Source of the DNA: Antedon mediterranea
Lineage: Eukaryota; Animalia; Echinodermata
Assembly: GCF_964355755.1 (NCBI RefSeq)
Contig: NC_092674.1
Coordinates: 2,976,001-3,040,000, forward strand
Direction of reading: 5' to 3'
DNA: 64,000 nt
The notes beneath the pieces were generated by a model, which saw only the letters and a list, made by a program, of their open reading frames with translations, made no database searches and was not told the origin of the DNA. Positions 11,128 through 24,339 of this stretch are shown here, piece after piece. Made by a program: the position numbers and the translations under genes. The stretch's first letter is position 1; every line of letters begins with the position of its first letter.

Positions 11128-13344
11128 ACTAAACATGATGCATATGTGGCCAACAGAATTATACATACCATGCTAACAACAATAATATTCTGGGAACGTA
11201 TTCCCATAGTTTCACAACAATTTAAGAGATCATTAAATAGTATTTTTTCAAGGTATGCCTATATTTGTAGTAGGGAGATTCAGTTTTTATTATGTTTGAA
11301 ACATAAAATTCTTATCCAAAACATTTGAAAGGTGCGGATACGGAATAAACTAGATCAACTACAGTACGGTTATTTATCATTAAAGGAGATTTCGATTTGC
11401 TAGAACCAATGACCGACAACCACACTAGGTCAGGTAAATCGATGTGTTGCGGTCATCGTTTGGATCTAGAAACCATCAAACCTGTGTCAAGGTGAGGATC
11501 GAGGACACACTTCCCAATATTCATGTATGCACACATTGAACTAACACGACATAGTTTGTCGTCAGTCGTCGCAAATCAAAAAATCCCTAATATCCCAAAA
11601 TTGGAATAACAAAGAGTGATTTGGATAGTACGGTAGTTAAGAAGCGTAAGAGATTTGAAAATTACAGATAACTATGTTGGCAGGTATGTAGTTACAAACA
11701 GCCACCACTAAAAAGTACACGCTTCAATGCAAAACACAAGTCAGTAGTATATTATTAGGACATTTCTAGTACATAACAGTACTAACATATCACTAGTACA
11801 CTATATCATTTCTTGTAGAAATTACAGGAGAAATATTCTTATCTAAAAACAACTTAGAATCTATTGAATAATACAAAAGCATAGGTGGATATACGCTGGG
11901 ATAATTTCATTGGGATAACGATGTTTATAATATATTTATGGTGGATTACTAATAGTGAATAAATGATATAGTTGATTGTATATAATTATCATGTACAACA
12001 TTTGTAACTAAACAAGACCACTTAGCCCAAAATATTTTAGGAGAGTTCACTGTATACTATAATAATACTAGAAACAATTATGAAAGTAAATCAATAATGA
12101 TCACTAAAGGTAATGCATTTAAGTAATGAATTAGCAACCAGTAACATAATTATTAGCAATTGAGAAATTAATCAAACTTTAACGGTTTCGGTTTAAAATG
12201 AAAAAGATAATGTATAAATTTCAATGATTTACTACTTGAAGCAGAAACTGTGGGTATTATTTATAAATAAAACATAATTTGTATAATTTAACTACACCTT
12301 TGCTTTACTATATCTAAAAATCAGTGGGGTTATTATCAATTTTGTCGTCAGGTGTTTTCAAAAAATTATTGTAAAATTATCGTAAAACTGCGGTTAAAAA
12401 ATAAACAATAGAAATCTTAAACCCAGAGCTTTCAATATCGTGGTATATTTTAGGTTTTAATTATGAACAATAATTATTAATTTTAGGTATTAATTACAGT
12501 AAGTAAATCAATATTAGTTTAGGTATGTCAAGGTTATCAAACTCAAGATTTAAATAGATTTTTAAATAATGTTTTTAGGCTACTTTAACAACACTCCTAT
12601 ATTCATTTATTTCAAACACAAGGTTTTAAAAATGAAAAATGGAACAGAAGCAAAACTAAAGAATGTGTAAATCTGCCAAACTATGGTTTTTGGAAATGTC
12701 TTTTATAACATAACAATGTTTTAAGCAATGTCTACACTATCTGAAATCTATCTATTTGAAAAAAAAAGAGATGTGCCCATATATTGACATGATGTCATAT
12801 CACTACGATATTTTGTCATATCACTACCATATTTGGGCACATCACACTTTTTTGGTCAAACTAGTTTGATAGTGTAGACAGAGCTTAAGAATGTTAAAAA
12901 ACAACATATTTTCAAGGTATTTTTAAATACAAGACTGATCCTTTTTATACATTTTTTAAATGTTGTCATTTTCTCTCTAAAGGTGAATTTAAGATTGCAC
13001 AATGATTCTAATTTTTAAAACTTAAATTCAAACAGTGAAATCAAGGATTTGAATAATTTAGAACATCACATTTTGAAAAAAACTGATGCGCAAACAAAGT
13101 TTACAATAATTATTTTTTTTAACTATAAGAAGCATTATTGATTTCTCTGTAAAACTCTGTTGAAACACAGTGATGAAAACATGTTTTACAAACATGATAT
13201 ATACAATTTCACACACATGAAAAAGTTCTTTTTGGGAAAAAATTATTGAAAAAAAGACAGTTTTTAGTAATATCTTTAGATATTAATTCAATTACAAATT
13301 GAAGATTGTTTTTGCATTTGAAATTAAAAACAAAATACTTTTAC

Positions 13345-13590
13345 AATTATACCTGCATTGTTTTCATTGGTTTACCGGAACTTAATATGCATACTTATTA
13401 TGCAAATTAGGTATCATTCAAACTCGTTAAAAATTATACCTGCATTGTTTTCATTGGTTTACCGGAACTTATTATGCAAACTTATTATGCAAATTAAGTA
13501 TCATTCAAACTTGTTTAAAATTATACCTGCATTGTTTCATTGGTTTATAGGAACTTAATATGCATACTTATTATGCAAATTAGGTATCAC
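13345..13590. repeat. About 85-bp tandem repeat, 3 copies
   Basis: Unit aattatacctgcattgttttcattggtttaccggaactt...ttattatgcaaattaggtatcattcaaact. Confidence 0.88.
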
Positions 13591-16500
13591 TTATACTTTT
13601 TTGAAACTCCAAAACTTAATTACTATACACACATTAGAAGGTACCTACAATCATACAACACTTCTTAAAAAGCACTTTATGCAAATTAGCAAAGTTTTCT
13701 TAGTAAATTTCATACAAAATTGCTGTTATATTATTTCATCTTTGGTTTTTTGTTTTCAAATTAAAATTGGAAGTGGAGCTTTACAGATTGGCACCAATTA
13801 TTTGCATAGATTATCATTTAATTCAGCAAATTCAGTCAAATTGAAGCAAAAAATGAGTAAATAGCATTGCAATAGAAAATGTCAGATTGGATGTTTTTTT
13901 AAACGAAGCAGCTTGCAGCAGATATCAGCAGGAGAGAGAGTGAAATGATAAACTTTAAAAATGGCATGCAGTAAATTTAAAACAAATAAAAACAAAAGTG
14001 TGGATAGTTTAATAGGCATGCCAAAAATAATATACAACCAGGCGTCTATCTGTTTAACTCGGATATCAATTTAACTGTATACAACCAAGCGTCTATCTGT
14101 TTTAACTGGAATATCATTTTAACTGCATTCTTTTCCCTATTTATTTTATATTTGATAACCAAGACGGAGCAGGACGTTTTGAATTACCTACATAAGACAT
14201 GCTTATTTATTTGTGAACACCTATAGTTACAAGATTAGGTAAACTTAGCATTTATCGCACTATACTGGTTTAATAAATGGTTACAGTACGATAGTTGGAA
14301 CAAATTTATAGCATGGGAGACAAACGCTATGTTCACACGCACTAGAGTCAAGCGTGTATAAAACCAATTTAAGCTTGGCTCCCACTAGGAGGCAACGCAA
14401 ATACATAGATGCAACGCAAGTACTTTGACCAATCACAAGCAATCCAAACTGTGGCTTGTCATTGGTCAACATGCTTGCTATGCGTCCTAGTGGAAAGCAA
14501 GCTGTAAGCTGACCTGAACCATGGCAGATATCAAATATAAGATTATAACACAGACGTTAAACCGATTAAAGCACTGTATTTAACTCCGATAGATGAAATA
14601 GCATGTAAACATTAATTAATGTGAATTTAAAAGAGCAGAAGCAACCACAACCAATATAAAATACCAAAACCAATTATAGCAACAAAAAAAAGCCAATTTG
14701 ATTTTTGAAATAAACAAGTTAGCTACTCAAGACCATGACAATTGGTTTAAGACCTGTCTACACTATCAAACTTTATGCGACAACAAAAGTGATGTGCCTA
14801 TATATGGACATTATGATGTCATATCACTACCATATTTGGGAATATCACACTTTTTTTGTCAAACTAGTTTGGTAGTGTAGACAGAGCTTTACAGTGTTTA
14901 TGTGCATCACAGAGACGAACAATATTTGGTACATTTGGGCCATTTTTGAAATCTTTGGTTATGTTTAAATTAAAATAATAATGGTATTTTAGTTTTTGAA
15001 TTACTGTATATTTAAAATTTGGAAGCTCCTATCTAAATGTGTCGAAGTGGAAGCATATTTTGACACTGCTTAGTATTTTGTACTAAATGTTGTAATTACC
15101 GAATAAAAGGAAGACAGAAACACAAAGAGATCACCTCTAGCTAAACTTATATAATAAACCAAATTTTCTGGCAGGCTACAGAATATTATGAATGACTAAA
15201 TTGTGGAAGACTAAATTATGGTTACAAAATGTGCAGATAATTCTTGCAGGTCAGAACCTAAAACATTCTTGCAACCTGCTCTATTTGAAGCAAAAGTGCA
15301 AAACACAGACAGACTACAGCACACCATGTTGTCCACATTCTTGCAACCTGCAGAAAACGTTTTAAAAACATTGTTGCAGACTACAAGAAAATATCAACAT
15401 ACTAGCAGTCTCAGGACGACTAGAAAAATCTAAGAAGCCCAAACAATATTCGTTTCAGACATTTTTAACAGACTACAAATAAATGAGCATTGATTTACAA
15501 CCTTTTTACTGTAGAATACTGTCACAACCGACCGATACAGTTTTTAGAAGTCTGGAGGCCTTTCTAGCCAACAATAAAACCATACAGTAACAAGTGTAAA
15601 TAAAAAACAGATACAAGTAAACAGTGTTAAAAAACAATGGGTTACAAAATACTAATCAATTAGTGTGTTACGTAATCGTGCAGGAGTTAGTGAGAAATAC
15701 CTTTATTGTATAAGCCTGGTGACTGCAGAGGTTAAAATCCTGGATTGTAGGAATGCTGGTGTGGAAACTACCATAACAGCTTATGGAAAGCTTTTGGACA
15801 ATTTACTGTCGAAGCATGGAATAATATCAACTTATTTCTCCACAGTTGCACTTACTTACTGGGACAAATTCCTTTAAAATGTCTTCTATATATTAAATAT
15901 TTCTTGATACAACAAATAAAATTGTCTTTTTTTTGGTTAGACATGCGTTTTTTATCAAATAGGTTTTCGAAAAGCCAGAATACAGGGACATGCTAGGTCA
16001 TAGGTCAAAATTAATTACACTTGACATATATGGTAATGATATTATTTATGGTATTAAATAACATAGAACATTTAGTATAAAATATATACACAAATAACTT
16101 TTTAGACACTGTGTATCTAATTACTGAAATTATTCCATCAATACTACTTCAAAAAATCTCCAGGCTAAATTGTCATCATGGAGTTTAATTTTTGAACAAT
16201 AAAACATAATTTGTATTGTTATTAATATCTGTTCTTTCTCAACAGTACAACATTATCATTGATTACTATTTCTGAAAAAACAACTTGAAAACTAATAATC
16301 GTTATTGCTAACGTAACTCGAAGCCAACAAAACATTTTATCAATTTGAAGAGGATTGTTCTGGTCAAATGTCATTTTTGTGTTCTATAAAATTAATTGGA
16401 AAAAGCCTGATTTATTTAAATGAGCTAATTGGAAATAGAATGTATATTATTTATTTATTTATTCAGGTATATATAGTAAAAACATGAAGCCCGAGGGCTG

Positions 16501-18164
16501 AAATTGTTTTACGGAAAAAAATATGAAATTATGGATATAAAGGATTGATAATACAGTACTAGAGCTGTTTACAGTGATGTACATACCTAACACTTCAGAA
16601 AATTGAAAAATCAAATTGTCCCTGTGATAACATAAACAGTTACTAGTTAGGTAAAGAAAATATTAATTTAATTTCTTTTGAACATTATTTTATTGTTATG
16701 CCTGATGCACTCACTACTCTATTTGTAAGCTTTCTTAGGGTTTGTGTAAAGGATGAAGATAGGAGGCCTGTAGAAGAATAGCTGGATCTCTCACTGTATG
16801 AAAATACAGAAAAAAACCTAGACACTGATATATACACAAGAGATATTATTACCAAGAAAGTTAATTGGATTTTCTCTATCTAAAGACAATGAACAAAGTG
16901 TAAAGTTTCTCTTTTTGCGTTAACACGTAATTGGATATGACGACTGTACCAGATGGATAATGAAACTTTAAATGTATATCATCATAAAACCAAACATATT
17001 ATCCGATTATATTACTGGTTTTTAAGTTACCATACTTAGTTTTTAAAACACTATTATTAGGAAGACAAGTTGAATGCTTTAAACACACTTGGCATATGTT
17101 AAAAGACTAACACTCAGGTACAGTCATTTCTGTGTTAATTGGAAGCAAACTAAGTATAAAAACTTGAGCTTAGACGCATCTTAGGAGTTTAATTGTAGAC
17201 ACATATGTCAATTGGCGACAAGAAAGGAAATATTTAGAAAACTAAGTAGGATAAGGAAAAGAAAATAGGTTTACAATAATGGGTAAAGTTCAACATCCTC
17301 AAATATCTTTAATCAATTTTCTGATTTGTTTTTCAGTTTAGTTCTTGATGACAAATATTGTTTGCAGTGATATTTTTAGTTTGATCTTTTAAAGGCATCG
17401 GAGAAAGAAATTGAATAAATGATTCATTTTAAATTAATTGAATTTTTGCAATATTTTTTACTAAAGGCATAAATAGTTAAAACCTTAAATTGTATAAATA
17501 ATTTGTTTCTTATACGACGCAAACGGTAAGTTGTCTCAACAAAAAATCATATTCTAAAAGGCGCCAGGTAGTAAATACTAATTTTAATGTTTTAACATTT
17601 TTGGAATTTATCATTTAATGTCTTTCTTTTTATTGCTTGATATGATTTTATTCTTGTTTGATAGCATAAGATATGTTTTAGTTATAATTACAACATTTTG
17701 CTACTTGCTATACTATGGATGGAGAAAGTTACACATTGATTAACCAGGAAAGAGTGAAATTTACTCTTCCCTGGATCCCTGAACAGTTTCTTTCTAAAAT
17801 TCTACATCCACGAAGAAGAACAACTATTTTTAATACCCTTTGATCATTTTGGTAAGTGATGTCATATATGATGATGATGTCGTGTGATAATGACAACAGT
17901 ATGTTATTCTTTGTTTTTTTTATTTTATTCTGTAAAATGTTTATTTTGGGTTTTGTAAAAAAAAGAATAAAATTTGGTTGTAATGATTATGGTTTGGTTG
18001 TGTAAATTAGCTAGATAGATATCTGCGGTTATAAAAATTTCACTCATTAATTCATTATTCAGTTGTGTGATTACATTTTGGTGATGTCTTGTTACTTGTG
18101 TTGTATATTTCAGAATATATTTTGATGCAAATTTTAAGCAGATCTTCAATAGATCAATCTTGAT

Positions 18165-20276
18165 TTAATCAAAATCATCAGAATTAGGTACTTCAAACCT
18201 AGACAAATTTCCTGTGAGGTCCGCAAACACAGGGCTTGGTTCCGAATCCAGGTCTATGATACCCCCATTGTCTAAAGCATGCCTATTAAACAAACCATTC
18301 ACTTTTGTCCTTTGTGGCGTGCCATCACTTCCATCGGCAGTGAGATCATCATCACTGCTGTTGCTGCTACTGCTGCTACTGCTGTCAGAGCTGCTAGAGA
18401 GTAACCTATCGCGACTTTTAGTTGCTTTCATATCATCCAGAGCATACTGGTAAAGATACTCAGTGCTGGAGTCTGAAGATGCAGAAGAAGTAGCCGAATT
18501 ACTTCTGCTTTTCTCCAAAACATTTTCAGATTTGGAAATGTCTTGTTCGTTTATAGACAATTCCTGTAAACCTCCACTATGTTTATTAACAATTACATCA
18601 TATTGGATGTCATCAGAGACCTGAGGCTGCCTCTGAGGTACAGTTGGCTTAACTAAACAACTTTCAATTCTTTTCATTTCAGCATCAAACTCACTCAAGT
18701 AGTTTTCCTCTTTGTCACACTCATTCCTCTTCGCAGCACTTTTTGCAGCACTTCTCTCCTTTTGATCTTTCCTACCTAAACTTTCTTCTAAACTACCTTT
18801 CTCTGCTGTTGGTGAAACTACTTCTATTGTTTGATATGAGGTATATCTAGTTTCTGTTGGGCTTGGGATTTCTAGTACTTTTGGTTGCATGAACAATGTA
18901 CTGGAGTGATACGTTGGAGAAATTGGGAAGACTTGTTTTTCTGAGGCTGTTTTCTGTTCAGTAATATAAAGAGTGTCTGCTGTAGTGGTAGAACTAACAT
19001 TACTTCTTTGGTATTCAATTGTTTGTTGTTTGTTAACAAAAGTGCTACTGTTTCCTACTATTGACTGATACTCTGTAGCTGAATTTATTTCAAATCCTTT
19101 CCTAGTCCAAGATTTTACTTCAAGGGAGGTTGAATCCTCATCATCTGGGACATCAAACTCTAACTGAAGTTTTTGGAATGAAGTATTTACTACCTGTGGT
19201 GTTTCTAATTCCGTGGAACAATCTTTTGCTGGCGAATCAGCAAAAACTAAGTCAGTATCGGAACATTCCTTATTGTCTATTCTAATTGGTTCTTTATTGA
19301 CCTCTTGAGTCTGACTATCTACATTGGAATCCTCTCCAGTTTCACTTTCATCTGAACTACTACTACTGGTTCTACTACTACTGCTATCAGAATTGTTCCT
19401 ATCCTCTTTCTCCATTAAAATTAAGCTTCTACGTGTTTCTTTTAAACTATTCTCCAACTCTGTTAAATCAGCACTTGTTTTATCCATTTTTTCTTCGAGC
19501 CTAAAGAACTCGCTATTAGCCTGGCCTAAGCACTTTCCTACAGGTTCATGATCATCTAGATTTTCTTCACTAAAAAAGAAAAGTTGCCGTTCTTGGTGGA
19601 ATTGTCTTAAACTAGTTTTCCCCGGGGCACAGTAGGTGTTAAAATCTTTAGACTGTTGGATATGAGGGAAATCTCTCTCTGGACTTGACATTTCAGATGT
19701 AGACTTAAGGATCTCTTCCATTGAACTAACAATTCTAGAATCTATACCAACACTTGCAATTCTTCTAAGATCTTCTAGACTAACAGAGCTACTACTGCTT
19801 GTGGCTGATGTCTCACCAACCACACTGAACTCTGACACATTACCGATACCTTCTTCCGTACACGACGCTATTTCACCATCACTGACGGTCGTTTGTGATT
19901 CAACAGTATCCAAAACACCGTCCAAACTCTCCTCTTCCTCTAGTTTGTACTCTTTACTCTCACCAGCACTACTGTCGGAAGTAGTTCCTCGAGAACTACT
20001 ACCCTTCACAACTCCACTTCTATCAAACCTCTTCATTTCTAAGTCAAAATCTATATTTAATGTCCCGCTAGGGATACTAAAATTAGAGGTATCAGTAGAA
20101 TTCATACTCAAACCGTCTATGTTGTCAGCCGTTGGTCGAGTGTCTTCTGGGGCGCTCTGGGGATATTCCACATGAACTGGTTCCTTCCGTGATGGTGATG
20201 CTGGATTGAAGCTGTGTACTGATGATCTGCCTTCATCTCCACTTAGGATTCCATTTGTACCATCATCATCATTAAC
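18165..20276 (-). CDS. FARP1/FARP2: FARP exon 11: large (2112 nt, 703 aa + stop) acidic Ser-rich exon; probable alternative terminal exon with an internal donor used by the full-length isoform
   Basis: Acceptor attag at 20277-20278, phase 0 matching exon 10: VNDDDGTNGILSGDEG...VEYPQSAPED... open through to ...EVPNSDDFD*. Contains track ORF 18165..20171. Minus-strand AATAAA signals lie near 17920-17945. Confidence 0.8.
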   Translation of the reverse strand, partial: VNDDDGTNGILSGDEGRSSVHSFNPASPSRKEPVHVEYPQSAPEDTRPTADNIDGLSMNSTDTSNFSIPSGTLNIDFDLEMKRFDRSGVVKGSSSRGTTSDSSAGESKEYKLEEEESLDGVLDTVESQTTVSDGEIASCTEEGIGNVSEFSVVGETSATSSSSSVSLEDLRRIASVGIDSRIVSSMEEILKSTSEMSSPERDFPHIQQSKDFNTYCAPGKTSLRQFHQERQLFFFSEENLDDHEPVGKCLGQANSEFFRLEEKMDKTSADLTELENSLKETRRSLILMEKEDRNNSDSSSSRTSSSSSDESETGEDSNVDSQTQEVNKEPIRIDNKECSDTDLVFADSPAKDCSTELETPQVVNTSFQKLQLEFDVPDDEDSTSLEVKSWTRKGFEINSATEYQSIVGNSSTFVNKQQTIEYQRSNVSSTTTADTLYITEQKTASEKQVFPISPTYHSSTLFMQPKVLEIPSPTETRYTSYQTIEVVSPTAEKGSLEESLGRKDQKERSAAKSAAKRNECDKEENYLSEFDAEMKRIESCLVKPTVPQRQPQVSDDIQYDVIVNKHSGGLQELSINEQDISKSENVLEKSRSNSATSSASSDSSTEYLYQYALDDMKATKSRDRLLSSSSDSSSSSSSNSSDDDLTADGSDGTPQRTKVNGLFNRHALDNGGIIDLDSEPSPVFADLTGNLSRFEVPNSDDFD

Positions 20277-20718
20277 CTAATTAAAATTATACAGAAAAAA
20301 TGCCATCATTTCATTTTGATTTGATTTATTTCAAATAAGATAAAAACGGAAAAAAAAAACCCCTTATTTTGTATGGTACCAGGGATAACCCTGTAATTAT
20401 TAAATGGGGAGTAAACACTAGTGAAATCAATAGGAAAAGGCAATTGAGAATGTCTTAACATTACTCAGAAAATGGTTGTAGCATAAAAACTGAAACATTG
20501 AGACATTTTCAACTTTATTTTCTTTTGATAATAAAACATGGTGTACAGCAAACCTGACATTTTTATTATTGTTTTTTTTTTGTTGAACCTTATTTTAAAA
20601 GTGTTTTAAGAATGCTTAAGAAAGGAGACACGTGGTATACAGTAAAGTCGAATACCATAAAGGGGACACCATTGAGTCTCAACAAAGTGTTCCCATTAAT
20701 AATAAATTTAAAATGTAC

Positions 20719-21049
20719 CTGGTATTCATACAAGTTGCTAGAGTCTGACTGACCACGCTGTATAACAATACGAGAGTTACTATGTTGGGGTGTGGTGGGT
20801 GCAGACGACACATCCGTATTCCAAGCTGTGTCTGTTGCTGACGCTGACTGCTCTGCATCGTTCTTATCCGGCGAAGACTGATAATCATAATGATGTTCTA
20901 TTGTGTGCGAGTTGTACGCCTCGTAACGTGAATCCCCTCCCCCAATTCGGTGGTCTGTGCTAACAGAATCTGTCATATCAATCGTCAAAGGTGTTGTAGT
21001 TCGCGGTGCACCAAGGCTTCGCGTAGACACGCGTGATGTGTTCAACGTA
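20719..21049 (-). CDS. FARP1/FARP2: FARP exon 10 (Ser/Thr-rich linker), 331 nt
   Basis: tttcag|TLNTSRVSTRSLGAPRTTTP...SSNLYEYQ|gtacat; phase 2-0, in frame with exon 9; GC-richer than its flanks. Confidence 0.85.
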
Positions 21050-21204
21050 CTGAAATTAACAAGATATCATTTACTACACTTTGTGAAAAATTTAATTAAA
21101 ATATATTTATTTCTCCACCCCAAAAAAAAACTGTGGCACAACATTGTGTATAATATAAAAATTAATGCAATATAAGAATCATATAGCATTTGTATACACT
21201 TTAC

Positions 21205-21455
21205 CAAAAAAACAAAAGGTTTAATCTATTTTCCGTAAGAGTCAAATTATTAAAAAAAAGGTTTAAATTCTTATCTGTAAGAGTCAAATTATTAAAAAAA
21301 AGGTTTAAATTCTTATCCGTAAGAGGCAAATTATTAAAAAAAAGGTTTAATTTCTTATCCGTAAGAGTCAAAGTATTTAAAAAAAAGTTTAATTTCTTAT
21401 CAGTAAGAATCAAAGTATTTAAAAAAAGTTTAATTTCTTATCCGTAAGAGTCAAA
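21205..21455. repeat. 42-bp minisatellite, about 6 copies
   Basis: Unit aaaaaaaggtttaaattcttatccgtaagagtcaaattatt; explains the spurious repetitive ORFs on both strands. Confidence 0.92.
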
Positions 21456-22259
21456 TGAGGTAAAAAAAAAAGAAGTTTAATCCATCATAGAAAAACATAT
21501 TTAAAAAATCCATGTATTTTGTGTCCTACCTAAATTTCATTTTCTTTTTTTTTTGTAGCTAGAATATTGTAAATAAGCAAATGGCTAATTGAATATGACA
21601 CATTAATAGAAAATAACTTTCTATTCTCTACTGCAAAGAACACCATTGACATAACTGAATAATCTTAAAATAAATTATCTGGTGTAGAAGAGGATGTAAT
21701 AATTCTTTTTGAGATATCATGATGTGAGAGAAATACTTTAAGCTGATGGATCATACAAAGCAATAAGCCTACTAAAGGTGTGCATTGCATAGAGTATACA
21801 TTTATCCTTACAAAGCATTTATCATGTGTCTTGAATTGATACCTGATAGCTATGTTTAATGGCACTCGATGCAAACTTTCAGAATTACATTCCTATCACT
21901 CATAGTAAACATATAATTTGACTCTAGATAATGTTAAGTATGTAATGTATGTAGTTACATTACTAAATGGCTGAATCAAATACACTTTAGAACGTGTATC
22001 AAAGGAATCGCCCAACAAGCATGATACGCTTTTCTTTATTTTATTTCTTATTTCTTTATTCGAATTCATAAAATAACACAACATAAAAAAAAATACAAAG
22101 AATGAATTCAGGGTAACACAAAAAAGTAACCAAAGGTCAAACTTATTAAACTTCTAATGGAATATGCCTAGTTCCTTGTACGATTTGTAAATTTGTTCAT
22201 GCAAAACAGACAATATTTACGAGACTGATGTAACTGAAGATAACGTAATGAATACTTAC

Positions 22260-22328
22260 TTGGTAGCGCCTGTTCTTCTTACATAACCGTCTCGGATTTG
22301 ATCTGTAACTTGTTTCTGTGTACGACCA
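22260..22328 (-). CDS. FARP1/FARP2: FARP exon 9 (FERM-adjacent), 69 nt
   Basis: aatag|(S)GRTQKQVTDQIRDGYVRRTGAT(N)|gtaagt; phase 2-2. Confidence 0.94.
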
Positions 22329-23530
22329 CTATTAGGAAAAAAACAAAAAAAACATAGAAATACTTAGAAATAGAAATAGTTTGACAAAAAGTGTGATATG
22401 CCCAAATATGATAGTGATATGCTTAAATATGGTAGTGATATGACATCGTCATTTCCATATATGTGCACATCACATTTTGTTTTGTCATATAAAGTTTCAT
22501 AGTGTAGACAGAGCTTAAGATTAAAAAGCTGCATTCACATGGAACGAAGGAAAAAGGTTCTGTTTTGTTAAATGGAAAATCATATAATTGAATGGCTCCA
22601 TCTAAAAGTGAATTTGAATTTTGCTTAATTTTCGTTCTCTATTTACATAATAGTAAAGTATTTTGCCACCAACCATAACAGCATTCATGCAAATTGTACA
22701 TCATCCCTAATTATCATCGTGTCTTGGGTAAAGTAACAATATTCAGTAATATAATACCTGATCCTGCAGTTTCCAAATTAGTATAACACAATAACCAGGG
22801 CTCTATAGCTATCAATTACTAGTCTACTAGTTAGTAGCTAAATCCTACTAGACAATTACATAAGGGAGGTGAGTTCACTCATGCGTGACAATTAGAAAAC
22901 ATCATAGAACTAAAGTAAACAATTTAAGATGGTTTTATTAAGTTTCATTTCTTAAAGCAATAGCCTTGCAATTAACTGAAAACTATATTGAATCCAATAA
23001 TGGTTGGTTGATTTTACTATTTATCTATGCAATAGGTACCTATTTAAAGCTCTACACTATCAAACTAATGAGGGAAAAAGAAGTGACGTGCTCATATATG
23101 GACATGATGATGTCATATCACTACCATATTACAGCATATCATTACCATATTTGGGCATATCACTATCATATTTAGGCACATCAAATATTTTTTTCAATCT
23201 AGTTTTAAGATAGTGTAGACAGAGCTTAACAGACTGTGACAGTCGGTCAATTTAAAGCCTCTTTCATCGAGCCTCCCAAATAAAAACTTGTTATTATACT
23301 TGTAACATAAATATTGGATTGGTTTACAAGTTGTAGAATCTATTTAGCTTCTGAAATGCCCTCCAAGCTTTATTGATGTTAAAGGAGATTGAATTTGTCA
23401 AATGTAATGTTTCGTGAAATGAACTCATCAGAAAAAAAAAATGTACATAAAGCATGGTGGCATTGAATGCGTTGCAATTTGTCTACAATGATGAGGAACT
23501 TGTTATATAGTAAGAATTCTTAATGCTTAC

Positions 23531-23694
23531 CTGTATCTAAAAGAGGATCCTCGGCTCATTAAGCGACGACGAGGGCGTGTTCTTCTCGCTTGGATGTGCC
23601 TGAAGAATGTATGATGCTCTACACAGTTTTTCCAAAAACGTTTGCAATCGTTACGATTACCGAGCAGAAACTCAACCGTACTTCGCGGATAACC
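23531..23694 (-). CDS. FARP1/FARP2: FARP exon 8 (FERM-C / FA), 164 nt
   Basis: attag|GYPRSTVEFLLGNRNDCKRFWKNCVEHHTFFRHIQARRTRPRRRLMSRGSSFRY(S)|gtaagc; phase 0-2. Confidence 0.96.
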
Positions 23695-24138
23695 CTAATC
23701 ACAAAAAAAAATAAGAACACCAATATTTGTCATTCAACTAGAAGATGTTTCATGTGATGGTACTATGATTTCAAATAGAATTGTGGTAAGGTTTACTTTT
23801 TAAATTAAACAATCGTAAATTAACAATAAATTGGATTTATACGATGGACTGATAAGTAACCAATCGAAAGTATACGATTCAGAATACCAATTGCACGTGG
23901 TATGATCAGTATCAGAACGGCTATTCAATCAAGATTATCCAAGTCATTAAACATGCAATCAAAACTAATTAAATTAACATTAACGATTGGATGGATACAC
24001 ACTCAATGGTAATGAGATGTTTCTGTAGTATACAGGGTTTAAATAAGCTACATAATTACTGTATTGTAATATTTTAGTTTTAAATTATATTGTTTTTGTG
24101 TTATGTCCACGATTATCAAATTTTTTAGCATTAGTTTA

Positions 24139-24339
24139 GGCTCTGTCTACACTATCAAAGTTTATATGACAAAAAAAAATGTGCCCATATATGGACATGA
24201 ATGATGTCATATCACTACCATATTTGGGCATATCACTACCATATTTGGCATATAACTACCATATTTGGGCATATCACTACCATATTTGGGCATATCACTA
24301 CCATTTGTGGGCACTTTTTTTGATAGTGTAGACAGAGCT
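24139..24339. mobile_element. MITE family 1 copy with expanded internal tandem repeat
   Basis: Same TIRs, TTA TSD, five tandem units of about 20 bp (atatcactaccatatttgggc-like). Confidence 0.85.

Noticed and set aside
18214-20175. Plus-strand ORFs 18214..18453, 19324..19551 and 19801..20175
   Set aside because: Antisense shadows of the Ser-rich FARP exon.
21190-21447. Lys-rich repetitive ORF and its antisense partner
   Set aside because: Produced by the 42-bp minisatellite.
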